From contig BPJG01000001.1 in assembly GCA_026004495.1 (NCBI GenBank), forward strand, positions 144,582-208,581: DNA of 64,000 nucleotides. The letters run 5' to 3'. Positions 33,110 through 42,714 of this stretch are shown piece by piece. The notes under the pieces are model-generated. The model saw only the letters and a list, made by a program, of their open reading frames with translations. It was not told the DNA's origin and made no database searches. Numbering within the stretch: the stretch's first letter is position 1; every line of letters starts with the position of its first letter. This DNA comes from Candidatus Parcubacteria bacterium (lineage in GTDB: Bacteria; Patescibacteriota; Minisyncoccia; UBA6257; HR35). The position numbers and the translations under genes were made by a program.

Positions 33110-34924
33110 ATGAAAATAAAAGAAATAACAAAAAAAGTAATAATTATAATTTTGTTTTTAGCTATTATTTCATCAAATTTTATATTTAAAAAAAACTTAC
33201 TGGCAAATTTAATTTATTTTTATCCCCAAAATTGTTTAGGTAGTTTTATTAATCCTGAAAAAGCCCAAGGAAAACCTGAAGTTGATAGTCCAGATTTAAT
33301 AAATGAATCAAATTCTGCTGTTTATTTAGGTGGTTTTAAAGAAATTTATTGTGGAAATTTTCAAGGACCAGAGGCTAAAGGAGACATTAAAAAAATAACA
33401 TTACATTTTAATTGGATTATCACTAAAGAAAAAAATGGGGATTCGATAATTAAACCAACCTCAACAGAATCAAATATTTTAGAAAAAATAATTCCTTCAA
33501 AAACAATAGAGTTTGAATTTAATACTTCTCCAACTCCAACACCAGAAACAACCTCAACAATTGAATCAACATCAAGCCCAGAAATAAATTTTTTATTCAA
33601 CAAAGATCAACTTCTGCGTAGTTCTGCATTATCTTCTGTTAGTTCTGCGTCAGTTCTGCGTAGTTCTGCGTTTGATCTGCGTGAGTCTGCTTTAATAAAA
33701 TTTGTCTTTGCTCAAGAAACAACAACATCGCTTGAAACAACACCAGCTACAGAATCAAACTCAGAATCAACCACTATTAATACCCAAACCGAAACAGCAA
33801 CCCAAACTATAAATGAAACTCAACAATCTTTACCAGAAAATCAATCAGCAGAGCTATCAACAACTTCTACTTCAACAAATAATCAAATAGAAAATATCAC
33901 TTCTTCTACGACTACTCAAACATTAACCACCGCTTCACCAGCTGAAAATCAAAATGAAACTAATACAACGACAACAATTTTAGAAACAACCACAACACCA
34001 ATTTTAATACCTCCTAAAACTTTATTTGAAATTCACTATACCTTAGATGGTCAAAATTGGAATTATTTAGGTAATATAAATGAAAATAATTGGCAAAATA
34101 TTTCTTTTGAAATTCCAGTAAATAATTGGCTTGATATATCAAAAATTCAAATTAAGATAAATTCTTTACCAGAAACTGATTATTATCTTTATTTAGAATC
34201 AATGTGGTTTGAGATTGAATATGAAGAAAAAAACGAAGAAGATGAAGTTTTTGATATTTTAGGGAATTATAAGACAAATATCATTGTTTCTAAAGAGAGT
34301 TTCGAGCTTGATGAAATTCCTTACTTTGAATTTAAGATTTCTAAAAACAATAATGAAAATGAAATTGACATTTCTGAAATTAAATCAATTAATATAAAAG
34401 TTTTTAATTCCAATAAGGAGCTAATTTTCCAAACCAATAAGCTGGATTTTGATTATGATTCCAAAAATTTTTCTTTTAAATTAGATAATTTTCTAAAATT
34501 ATATCCAAATAGTTATAGATTAAAAATTTATTTAAATAAATATTTAGCCGGAGAATATGATTTCAATTGGGGAGGAAATATTGTTAAAGAAGAAAAAATT
34601 GACTCAGATAAAGAATTAATATTTATTGATTTTAATAATAAAAATCAAATATGGAATTTAACAAAAAGTGATATAAATAGTTTTGAAAAGATTTGGGAAG
34701 GCAAAGAATTTCCAAATTATAAAATTATTGATAGCTATCTAATTTTAAATTTTTCAGAAACAATTTTAGGCTATGACTTATTAAGTAAAACATCTTTTAC
34801 TTATACCTTTGAAAAATCAACTTCAACAATAATTAATATCAACAATAAAAAATATTCAATTTCACCAAATTTTGATTTTTTAGAAATTAATGAATCTCCA
34901 GAAAATGAAAATCAAGTTTTCTAA
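33110..34924 (+). CDS. Secreted S/T-rich surface protein
   Basis: Signal peptide, long Thr/Ser linker, first gene of the surface locus. Confidence 0.7.
   Translation: MKIKEITKKVIIIILFLAIISSNFIFKKNLLANLIYFYPQNCLGSFINPEKAQGKPEVDSPDLINESNSAVYLGGFKEIYCGNFQGPEAKGDIKKITLHFNWIITKEKNGDSIIKPTSTESNILEKIIPSKTIEFEFNTSPTPTPETTSTIESTSSPEINFLFNKDQLLRSSALSSVSSASVLRSSAFDLRESALIKFVFAQETTTSLETTPATESNSESTTINTQTETATQTINETQQSLPENQSAELSTTSTSTNNQIENITSSTTTQTLTTASPAENQNETNTTTTILETTTTPILIPPKTLFEIHYTLDGQNWNYLGNINENNWQNISFEIPVNNWLDISKIQIKINSLPETDYYLYLESMWFEIEYEEKNEEDEVFDILGNYKTNIIVSKESFELDEIPYFEFKISKNNNENEIDISEIKSINIKVFNSNKELIFQTNKLDFDYDSKNFSFKLDNFLKLYPNSYRLKIYLNKYLAGEYDFNWGGNIVKEEKIDSDKELIFIDFNNKNQIWNLTKSDINSFEKIWEGKEFPNYKIIDSYLILNFSETILGYDLLSKTSFTYTFEKSTSTIININNKKYSISPNFDFLEINESPENENQVF
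33611..33690. repeat. In-frame array of (AG)TTCTGCGT-type repeats
   Basis: ~8 degenerate TCTG-core copies; 33641-33668 matches 10540-10567 at 27/28 nt. Confidence 0.85.
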
Positions 34925-37900
34925 AAAAGCCTTTGTAAAGGTAAGCAACTTAATTTTAACTCTAATTCTATTAATTTCGCTAAATTTTTCTTATTTTATT
35001 TTAAGTAGTTTTAAATTATCAAAACAAAAATTTAAAGATAAACTTGTTAAAGAAGCGCAGGCAGTTTCTTTTTTCCATCCCACTAATGGCATCTTAGTTA
35101 CTGGTTCAGAAACAGCTTTAAGTAATTCTAATGTTGGCTCATGGCGAGGTTTATTAGGTAATGACTCAAATTATTGGCAAGTAGCCAGAGTTAATCCTGG
35201 AGGTTTAAATCTTTTAATTTATTTTGATGGAGTTGAACTTTATGGAGCTAATAAAATGATTATTACAATTGAAGATTCAAATATTATTACTGGTGATGCT
35301 TATATTCATCAAATTTGTGATTGGGTTGATTCAACTGGAGTTGATAATCCTGCTGATACTGATTGTACTGGTGGTGGTTGGCGAACATTAAATCCAAGAA
35401 AAACAACCTATACTAATATTGCTGATACTATTAGATCTTATGAAATATATAATGGTTATTTTTCAACCAGAGCAGCCTCTCCAGGAACGGTAATTAATAC
35501 TCCTTTATCTAATTTTATTGAACCAACAAATAAAAGAGTCTTAATAAGAGTGTATTCAACTGTCAATTCAACAACTAATTTAAGAATTGATTGGGCGCAA
35601 ATTGAAGTCGCTATTGATCCCTTTTATCAAAATGCTGGTATAACCTTAACTTCAGCTGGAGCAACAACTAACTTTATCTCTGACCTAATTGGTGCTCCTT
35701 ATCCTGGACCCAATAGTTCTGATAATGTTAAATTAACAATTCCTATGCCAGCAGCTAATCAACCAATTGATTTCTATTTCTCTTTTAAAAATGTCAAAAC
35801 TTATACTGGAATGAATACTATTTTAGTTGTTCCTGAAATTTGTGTTTCTAATACAGCTCTAACTTTTGATGTTTATTTGTGGAATTTTACTACTAATTCT
35901 TGGACTAAAAGACCAGGAACAGCTATTACTGGAACTGCTTGTACTACTGATACTGAATATGGTTTTGCTTTTAATCAATATACTATATCTGGTTTTAATT
36001 TAGATGATTATATTTCTAATGGTGAAATTAGAGTTAGGTTTTTAACCAATAATCCAGCTACTGTTTATAATATCCAACTTGATAGAATTTATATCTTTTT
36101 AGGTTCAGTTAATACTAATTCCTCAGCCTGTGAAATATCTTGGGGAACAGGAACAGCTTCAGATTGTGTTAATACCAGAGATATGAACGAAGGTTTAACT
36201 GCTAATCCAACAACTCTTACTTGGCAAACAGGAGCAGTAATTGAATATCCTGCTGGCTATCATCCCTTAGATAACGATGATGATATTACTAATGGTGAAT
36301 ATGCTTTTTCTTCTAATTTAGATTTTCCAGTAACTTTATCTTCTAATATGTCAGTAACTGCTATTCATTATGCTGGCAAATATAGATCAAATGCAACTTC
36401 AATTACCGTTAAACCATCAATTAGAGTTTATGGAGGTTTACCTGGTATTTATAGGAAAGCAGCAGGTTCTGGTTGGCGTGATACTCCCGGATCTGGTACT
36501 AATGCAGCTACTACTTATTCTTATTTTGATACCTTTAGAGTTCCTGAACTTCAAGTTGATGCACCAGATCATATTGATACAGTTAATAATCGAATGAATA
36601 TGAGATTAAGAACTTCAGCTTCAACTAATACTGCTGGTGGTGTAACTAGAGATTGGGATTTTGCAATGATGAGTATTAGATGGGTGGAAGAACCAAATAG
36701 AGTAACAATTACTAAAAATTTCCACCCCACTAACGGTATTTTAGTTACTGGTTCAGAAACAGCTTTAAGTAATTCTAATGTTGGCTCATGGCGAGGTTTA
36801 TTAGGTAATGACTCAAATTATTGGCAAGTAGCCAGAGTTAATCCTGGAGGTTTAAATCTTTTAATTTATTTTGATGGAGTTGAACTTTATGGAGCTAATA
36901 AAATGATTATTACAATTGAAGATTCAAATATTATTACTGGTGATGCTTATATTCATCAAATTTGTGATTGGGTTGATTCAACTGGAGTTGATAATCCTGC
37001 TGATACTGATTGTACTGGTGGTGGTTGGCGAACATTAAATCCAAGAAAAACAACCTATACTAATATTGCTGATACTATTAGATCTTATGAAATATATAAT
37101 GGTTATTTTTCAACCAGAGCAGCCTCTCCAGGAACGGTAATTAATACTCCTTTATCTAATTTTATTGAACCAACAAATAAAAGAGTCTTAATAAGAGTGT
37201 ATTCAACTGTCAATTCAACAACTAATTTAAGAATTGATTGGGCGCAAATTGAAGTCGCTATTGATCCCTTTTATCAAAATGCTGGTATAACCTTAACTTC
37301 AGCTGGAGCAACAACTAACTTTATCTCTGACCTAATTGGTGCTCCTTATCCTGGACCCAATAGTTCTGATAATGTTAAATTAACAATTCCTATGCCAGCA
37401 GCTAATCAACCAATTGATTTCTATTTCTCTTTTAAAAATGTCAAAACTTATACTGGAATGAATACTATTTTAGTTGTTCCTGAAATTTGTGTTTCTAATA
37501 CAGCTCTAACTTTTGATGTTTATTTGTGGAATTTTACTACTAATTCTTGGACTAAAAGACCAGGAACAGCTATTACTGGAACTGCTTGTACTACTGATAC
37601 TGAATATGGTTTTGCTTTTAATCAATATACTATATCTGGTTTTAATTTAGATGATTATATTTCTAATGGTGAAATTAGAGTTAGGTTTTTAACCAATAAT
37701 CCAGCTACTGTTTATAATATCCAACTTGATAGAATTTATATCTTTTTAGGTTCAGTTAATACTAATTCCTCAGCCTGTGAAATATCTTGGGGAACAGGAA
37801 CAGCTTCAGATTGTGTTAATACCAGAGATATGAACGAAGGTTTAACTGCTAATCCAACAACTCTTACTTGGCAAACAGGAGCAGTAATTGAATATCCTGC

Positions 37901-38828
37901 TGGCTATCATCCCTTAGATAACGATGATGATATTACTAATGGTGAATATGCTTTTTCTTCTAATTTAGATTTTCCAGTAACTTTATCTTCTAATATGTCA
38001 GTAACTGCTATTCATTATGCTGGCAAATATAGATCAAATGCAACTTCAATTACCGTTAAACCATCAATTAGAGTTTATGGAGGTTTACCTGGTATTTATA
38101 GGAAAGCAGCAGGTTCTGGTTGGCGTGATACTCCCGGATCTGATACTAATGCAGCTACTACTTATTCTTATTTTGATACCTTTAGAGTTCCTGAACTTCA
38201 AGTTGATGCACCAGATCATATTGATACAGTTAATAATCGAATGAATATGAGATTAAGAACTTCAGCTTCAACTAATACTGCTGGTGGTGTAACTAGAGAT
38301 TGGGATTTTGCAATGATGAGTATTAGATGGGTGGAAAGACCATTTGCACCACCAACAATTACTTGCTCTTTTTCAGCAACTTCAACTTCTTTTTCAAGTT
38401 TATCTCCTTCAGCTGTTTCTACTTCTTCACCTGATATAACAATTACCGTTACCTCTTCTGCTGGTTTTATAATTTCTGTTAATAATGCTGGAGATGGAAC
38501 TAACCCAGGTCTTTATAAATCAACTGCGCCAACATATTTAATTCCTTCACCCGATTCTTCATTTTCTGCAACTGCAACTTTATTTGCTGGCACAGATGGG
38601 TATGGTATTCAAGCAACAACGACTAATTCAAATATAAATATTAATGTAAGGTATAATGTTAGTGGATATACTGTTGGAGGTTTGACAACAACAACCATTA
38701 CTTTGGCAAGCTCTTCAGCTTCTGTTTCTTCGGCTCAAATTACTATTAAACACAAAGCATCTATTTCAGCCTTAGCACCAATAGGAAATTATCAGGATAC
38801 AATAACATATAGTTGCACAAGCCCGTAG
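34890..38828 (+). CDS. Large surface protein: two near-identical ~540-aa modules plus C-terminal WxL-like domain
   Basis: Internal duplication; C-term PGLY..IPSPDS..GYGIQA..GNYQDTITYSC homologous to 39453..40085. Confidence 0.8.
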   Translation: MNLQKMKIKFSKKAFVKVSNLILTLILLISLNFSYFILSSFKLSKQKFKDKLVKEAQAVSFFHPTNGILVTGSETALSNSNVGSWRGLLGNDSNYWQVARVNPGGLNLLIYFDGVELYGANKMIITIEDSNIITGDAYIHQICDWVDSTGVDNPADTDCTGGGWRTLNPRKTTYTNIADTIRSYEIYNGYFSTRAASPGTVINTPLSNFIEPTNKRVLIRVYSTVNSTTNLRIDWAQIEVAIDPFYQNAGITLTSAGATTNFISDLIGAPYPGPNSSDNVKLTIPMPAANQPIDFYFSFKNVKTYTGMNTILVVPEICVSNTALTFDVYLWNFTTNSWTKRPGTAITGTACTTDTEYGFAFNQYTISGFNLDDYISNGEIRVRFLTNNPATVYNIQLDRIYIFLGSVNTNSSACEISWGTGTASDCVNTRDMNEGLTANPTTLTWQTGAVIEYPAGYHPLDNDDDITNGEYAFSSNLDFPVTLSSNMSVTAIHYAGKYRSNATSITVKPSIRVYGGLPGIYRKAAGSGWRDTPGSGTNAATTYSYFDTFRVPELQVDAPDHIDTVNNRMNMRLRTSASTNTAGGVTRDWDFAMMSIRWVEEPNRVTITKNFHPTNGILVTGSETALSNSNVGSWRGLLGNDSNYWQVARVNPGGLNLLIYFDGVELYGANKMIITIEDSNIITGDAYIHQICDWVDSTGVDNPADTDCTGGGWRTLNPRKTTYTNIADTIRSYEIYNGYFSTRAASPGTVINTPLSNFIEPTNKRVLIRVYSTVNSTTNLRIDWAQIEVAIDPFYQNAGITLTSAGATTNFISDLIGAPYPGPNSSDNVKLTIPMPAANQPIDFYFSFKNVKTYTGMNTILVVPEICVSNTALTFDVYLWNFTTNSWTKRPGTAITGTACTTDTEYGFAFNQYTISGFNLDDYISNGEIRVRFLTNNPATVYNIQLDRIYIFLGSVNTNSSACEISWGTGTASDCVNTRDMNEGLTANPTTLTWQTGAVIEYPAGYHPLDNDDDITNGEYAFSSNLDFPVTLSSNMSVTAIHYAGKYRSNATSITVKPSIRVYGGLPGIYRKAAGSGWRDTPGSDTNAATTYSYFDTFRVPELQVDAPDHIDTVNNRMNMRLRTSASTNTAGGVTRDWDFAMMSIRWVERPFAPPTITCSFSATSTSFSSLSPSAVSTSSPDITITVTSSAGFIISVNNAGDGTNPGLYKSTAPTYLIPSPDSSFSATATLFAGTDGYGIQATTTNSNININVRYNVSGYTVGGLTTTTITLASSSASVSSAQITIKHKASISALAPIGNYQDTITYSCTSP
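35073..38336 (+). repeat. Direct duplication with 1647-bp period (35073-36689 / 36720-38336)
   Basis: Translations identical except G vs D (36496 vs 38143); 4 synonymous differences in the first 7 codons. Confidence 0.95.
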
Positions 38829-38829
38829 T

Positions 38830-38878
38830 TAGTAGCTAGTATCTAGTAGCTAGTAAGTAGTAGCTAAAATCTAGTAGT
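38830..38878 (+). repeat. 7-nt tandem array (TAGTAGC/TAGTATC), left arm
   Basis: tagtagc tagtatc tagtagc tagtaag tagtagc taaaatc tagtagt. Confidence 0.9.
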
Positions 38879-38886
38879 TAAATAAA

Positions 38887-39226
38887 ATGAAAACAAAATC
38901 TTTTAAGGAATTAATAGTTTGGCAAAGAGCAAAAGAATTAACAATAGAAGCTTATAAATTAACATCAAAATTTCCAAAATCAGAACTTTTTGGCTTAACA
39001 AGTCAAATGAGAAGATCGGCAATTTCTATTTCTTCAAATATTGCTGAAAGTTATAATCGATTTCATTCAAAAGAGAAAAAACAATTTTTAGCTGTTGCTT
39101 TTAGCTCCGGAGCAGAATTAGAAAGTCAGATTTAAATTGCTAAATCATTAATTTCCAGATTTAGATTATTCAAAAGTAGAAACTCTTATTATGGATATTA
39201 TGAAAATGTTAAATAAAAATTATTAA
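38887..39226 (+). pseudogene. Four-helix-bundle (23S rRNA IVP/Avd-like) protein with nonsense codon and frameshift
   Basis: SFKELIVWQRA..FPKSELFGLTSQMRRSAISISSNIAE; ESQI*IAKSL then shifted FPDLDYSKVETLIMDIMKMLNK. Confidence 0.85.
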
Positions 39227-39254
39227 TAAAAAATAAAAAAAATCAAAAAACAAC

Positions 39255-39333
39255 CTACTATTAGATTCTATTTACTAATTTCTAAATTCTATCCTGTATC
39301 TACTAGATCCTACTTACTAGCTTCTAGATTCTG
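39255..39333 (-). repeat. 7-nt tandem array, inverted right arm
   Basis: tagattc tatttac taatttc taaattc tatcctg tatctac tagatcc tacttac tagcttc tagattc; ctacttactagcttctagattct nearly complements the left arm. Confidence 0.85.
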
Positions 39334-39389
39334 TTCAATATTGTGGGAAAAATTTTTTGATGAAATATGATATAATTAAAAAATGAGTT

Positions 39390-39425
39390 TTCCTGTAGTG
39401 AAACTATAGTTTTTGCTACGGGGGA
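39390..39425 (+). repeat. GTAG...CTAC REP-like hairpin
   Basis: ttcctgtagtgaaac-tata-gtttttgctacggggga pairs with G-U wobbles. Confidence 0.6.
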
Positions 39426-39452
39426 TTGGTCGAAATTAATAAAAAAAATAAA

Positions 39453-40085
39453 ATGAAAAAAGTAAATACATTTCAAAGCTTGATCATTTTGATAAGCATA
39501 TTTTTAGCTATTTATTTTATTTCTGAGTTGTTTATTATACCATCGTCTATTTTAAAGGCTCAAACTAATGTTACTGTTTCAGCAACTGTGACAACAAGTG
39601 TTACTTGTAATTTTTCAACAACAACTACTAATTTTGGTACTATCGATACAAGTGCCGTCTATACTTCTTTGCCTAATGTAACAGCAACTGTTTCTTGTAA
39701 TCCAGCTGCAGGATGTAAGGTAGAAATTAACGATCAAGGATCTGGATCTCAGCCAGGTTTATGGAATTCAACAGCTTCTCATTTAATTCCTTCACCAGAT
39801 TCTGCATTCTCAGCAACTGCAAATTTAGTGGCTGGAACAGAAGGTTATGGAATTCAAGCAGCAACAACTTCAGCTGGATCTGGCGCAACTCTTTCTTTAA
39901 ATTCGAGATATATCCAAACTGGAAATACCGTTGGAGGATTAACAACAACAACTATTCAATTAGCCTCTTCGACATCACCAATATCAAACAGAGAAATTGT
40001 TGTTACTCATAAAGCAGCTGTTTCAAGTTTAACTCCAGCAGGTAATTATCAAGATACAATAACTTATAGTTGTTCATCGAATTAG
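39453..40085 (+). CDS. Small secreted WxL-like single-domain protein
   Basis: Signal peptide, VTVSATV, GNYQDTITYSC C-terminus; paralog of the 34890 C-domain. Confidence 0.7.
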   Translation: MKKVNTFQSLIILISIFLAIYFISELFIIPSSILKAQTNVTVSATVTTSVTCNFSTTTTNFGTIDTSAVYTSLPNVTATVSCNPAAGCKVEINDQGSGSQPGLWNSTASHLIPSPDSAFSATANLVAGTEGYGIQAATTSAGSGATLSLNSRYIQTGNTVGGLTTTTIQLASSTSPISNREIVVTHKAAVSSLTPAGNYQDTITYSCSSN

Positions 40086-40250
40086 TAGCTAATAGTTAGA
40101 AGCTAGTATCTAGAAGCTAGTATCTAGTAATTAAAAACAATTTTTATAAAATTTAAAACAATGAAAAATTATAAAAATAATTCAATAATTTACTTTCTTT
40201 TAGTTTCTATTTTCTATTTACTAGCTACTAATTTATTGGCTACTAATTTT
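40081..40250. repeat. Empty inverted 7-nt array pair; right arm lies in the signal-peptide codons of ORF 40161
   Basis: attagtagctaatagttagaagctagta (40081-40108) vs tactagctactaatttattggctactaat (40219-40247). Confidence 0.85.
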
Positions 40251-41075
40251 GTTTTTGCCTTAACTGTTGGGCCAGCGAAATTAGAATTTATAACCGATCC
40301 AGGCCAAACTTTAGAATTTAGTTTATTTGTGAGAAACGATAGCGATTACGATAATAAATATCAAATTATTGTTGAAGGATTTACTGAAGAAGGAGGCGAA
40401 AGAAAATATATTGAAAATCCACCAGAAGTAACTTGGGTTGAAACACCAAAAGATATTTTTCTCAAAGCCAAAGAAGATAAAAATGTTCCAATAAAAATTA
40501 ATGTTCCTAAAGATGCTCCACCAGGAGGTCATTTTTTAGTTTTATGGGTAAGCACAAAGCCTGAAGGAGGTCAAGTAGCAATTGTCTCAAGAGTTGGCTC
40601 TTTAGTTTTTATTAATGTTTCAGGAAATGCAATTTATAAAGCTTATATCAGTGAATTAAAAGCTCCAAAATTTGCTTGGAATTTTCCAGTAAAATTTTCT
40701 TATGTAATTAAAAATGAAGGTAACACTTATATCACACCAAAAGGAGATATTGAAATTAAAAATATTTTTGGCAGATTAATTGCTGATTTACCAATAAATC
40801 CAAGAGAGCTTCAAGTTTTACCTAATACTTCAAAAAATTTTGAGCAAGAATGGAAAGCAAATTTTGCTCTTGGTATTTATAAAGCTATTTTTAATTTAGA
40901 ATATGCTAATTCAAGAGATTCTTTAACTCATTGGCTTATTTTTATTGATCTCAAAGCCCTGATAATAATTTTACTTATTCTTATTTTTGCAATCTTCTTC
41001 TTACCAAGATTGATTAAAAAATATAATGAATGGATAATTAAAAAGTATACGCAAAATAAAAATATAAATGAATGA
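40161..41075 (+). CDS. DUF916/DUF3324-like (WxL-interacting) membrane-anchored protein
   Basis: LTVGPAKLEF..PG, INVPKDAPPGGHF, SRVGSLVF, KNEGNTYITPKG, C-terminal TM. Confidence 0.7.
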   Translation: MKNYKNNSIIYFLLVSIFYLLATNLLATNFVFALTVGPAKLEFITDPGQTLEFSLFVRNDSDYDNKYQIIVEGFTEEGGERKYIENPPEVTWVETPKDIFLKAKEDKNVPIKINVPKDAPPGGHFLVLWVSTKPEGGQVAIVSRVGSLVFINVSGNAIYKAYISELKAPKFAWNFPVKFSYVIKNEGNTYITPKGDIEIKNIFGRLIADLPINPRELQVLPNTSKNFEQEWKANFALGIYKAIFNLEYANSRDSLTHWLIFIDLKALIIILLILIFAIFFLPRLIKKYNEWIIKKYTQNKNINE

Positions 41076-42124
41076 ATTTAAGAATAATTTCAATAATTTT
41101 TTTAATATTTGTTTCTATATTTATATTATTTTATTCTTTTACTTATCTTAAATCTGCTTCGATAAATATTAAAGCTTTTGTGCCTGGTATTTGTGGAAAT
41201 AATTTTAAAGAACCAGGAGAAGAATGTGATGGCCCTGATTTAGGAGGTCAAAGTTGTGTTTCTTTAGGTTATTCAGGCGGAACCTTATCTTGTAATTCTA
41301 ATTGTACTTTTAATACTTCTCAATGTACCATTTCTCCGCCAAGTAGTGGAGGAGGTGGGGGAGGCAGTGGATCGTACATTCCCTCTTATGGAACAGTTAT
41401 TCTTTCAGGAAGGGCTCAACCGAATAGTGATGTTACTTTAATGTCTGATGGTCAAATTAAAGCTGTTATCAAGGTTGATGCTGATGGAAAATTTAGATTT
41501 ACTATTTCAAATTTAACTCCAGGAAATTACATATTTACCTTATATGCTGAAGATATTGAAGGAAGAAGAACAAGTTTGCATTCAATTCCAACAGTAGTTA
41601 CTGCAGGACTGACAATTGAAATAGGCAGTATTTTTCTTTCACCAACAATTGACATTGATAAAACTCAAGTTAGGCGAGGAGAGATCTTAAGAATTTTTGG
41701 CCAAACAGCTCCTGAATCTAATGTTTTAATTGTTGTTTCTTCCGAAAAAGAGTTATATTTTCAAACTCAAGCAGAAAAAGATGGAAGTTATTTATATGCT
41801 TTCAATACTATTGACTTAGATTATGGCCAACATTTAACAAAATCAAGATCAATTTTAGCTAATCAATTAGTTAGTCCTTTTTCAAGATCTTTAAACTTTC
41901 AAGTCTCGACAAGTTCAATAGCTAAAAAACCAACAAAATGTCCATTAAAAGGAGATTTAAATAATGATTGTCGAGTAAATTTAATTGATTTTTCAATTGC
42001 CGCTTATTGGTATAAAAGAAAATTAAGTCCAAGTTTTACTAAAATTGAAAAAGAAAATTTAAATGGAGATGGAAAGGTCGATTTAGTCGATTTTAGTATT
42101 ATGGCTTATTGGTGGACGGGGTAA
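41072..42124 (+). CDS. Secreted protein with Cys-rich repeat, Ig-like domains and C-terminal dockerin-like domain
   Basis: CGNNFKEPGEECDG; GDLNNDCRVNLIDFSI..NLNGDGKVDLVDFSIMAYWWTG. Confidence 0.8.
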   Translation: MNLRIISIIFLIFVSIFILFYSFTYLKSASINIKAFVPGICGNNFKEPGEECDGPDLGGQSCVSLGYSGGTLSCNSNCTFNTSQCTISPPSSGGGGGGSGSYIPSYGTVILSGRAQPNSDVTLMSDGQIKAVIKVDADGKFRFTISNLTPGNYIFTLYAEDIEGRRTSLHSIPTVVTAGLTIEIGSIFLSPTIDIDKTQVRRGEILRIFGQTAPESNVLIVVSSEKELYFQTQAEKDGSYLYAFNTIDLDYGQHLTKSRSILANQLVSPFSRSLNFQVSTSSIAKKPTKCPLKGDLNNDCRVNLIDFSIAAYWYKRKLSPSFTKIEKENLNGDGKVDLVDFSIMAYWWTG

Positions 42125-42129
42125 TAGCC

Positions 42130-42223
42130 ACACGAATGCCAACGAATCAAATAAGCACACGAATGGCAACGAATTATATAATATTTGTGTGCAATTCGTG
42201 TTAATACACGAATGGCGATGAAT
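42130..42223. repeat. ACACGAATGGCAACGAAT-type repeats, left arm (3 forward, 1 inverted)
   Basis: Forward copies at 42130, 42157, 42206; inverted copy 42183-42201. Confidence 0.85.
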
Positions 42224-42275
42224 TAAAATATAGAATTAGTAACAATTTGTGTAATTATGTACGAATAATAAAAAA

Positions 42276-42713
42276 ATGAACGTAAATATTAATAAAAACC
42301 AGAGTAGAAATATTTTGTATAAAGAGCTTTCTTGCAAGCTACAAGATATCTTTTTTAAAATAAGAAATGAGTTGGGTAGTGGTCATAAAGAATCAATTTA
42401 TCAAAATGCCCTGGCTAAAGAATTAGAAAAGAATAAAATAAACTTTCAAAGAGAATATCCGGTGAAAATATATTCAAAAGAAGGTTATTTCTTAGGATTA
42501 TATAAACCTGATTTTGTAATAGATAATAAGATAATAATAGAAGTTAAAGCGAAAAGTTTTTTGTCAAAGCAAGAAAGGATAATTATTTATGATTATTTAA
42601 AAAATAGCGAGTTTGAAGTCGCTTATATTGTAAATTTTTAATCTAAAAAATTATTTTTCAAAAGATATATTTTTACAAACAATAGAAAGCCATGGTTAAA
42701 AAATATAAAATAA
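42276..42713 (+). pseudogene. GxxExxY (PD-(D/E)XK-fold) protein with premature TAA at 42639-42641
   Basis: GHKESIY, KPDFVIDNKIIIEVKA; IVNF*SKKLFFKRYIFTNNRK continues in frame. Confidence 0.8.
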
Positions 42714-42714
42714 A

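Noticed and set aside
33715-34000. ACA/ACT-rich stretch as a DNA repeat element
   Set aside because: Explained by the Thr/Ser-rich protein linker
36370-38244. Twin 75-aa ORFs at 36370 and 38017
   Set aside because: Alternate-frame shadows of the duplicated module
38887-39226. Avd-like gene as part of a diversity-generating retroelement
   Set aside because: No reverse transcriptase in the window and no TR/VR pair with multiple adenine-specific mismatches; the 1647-bp repeat interior shows only one difference
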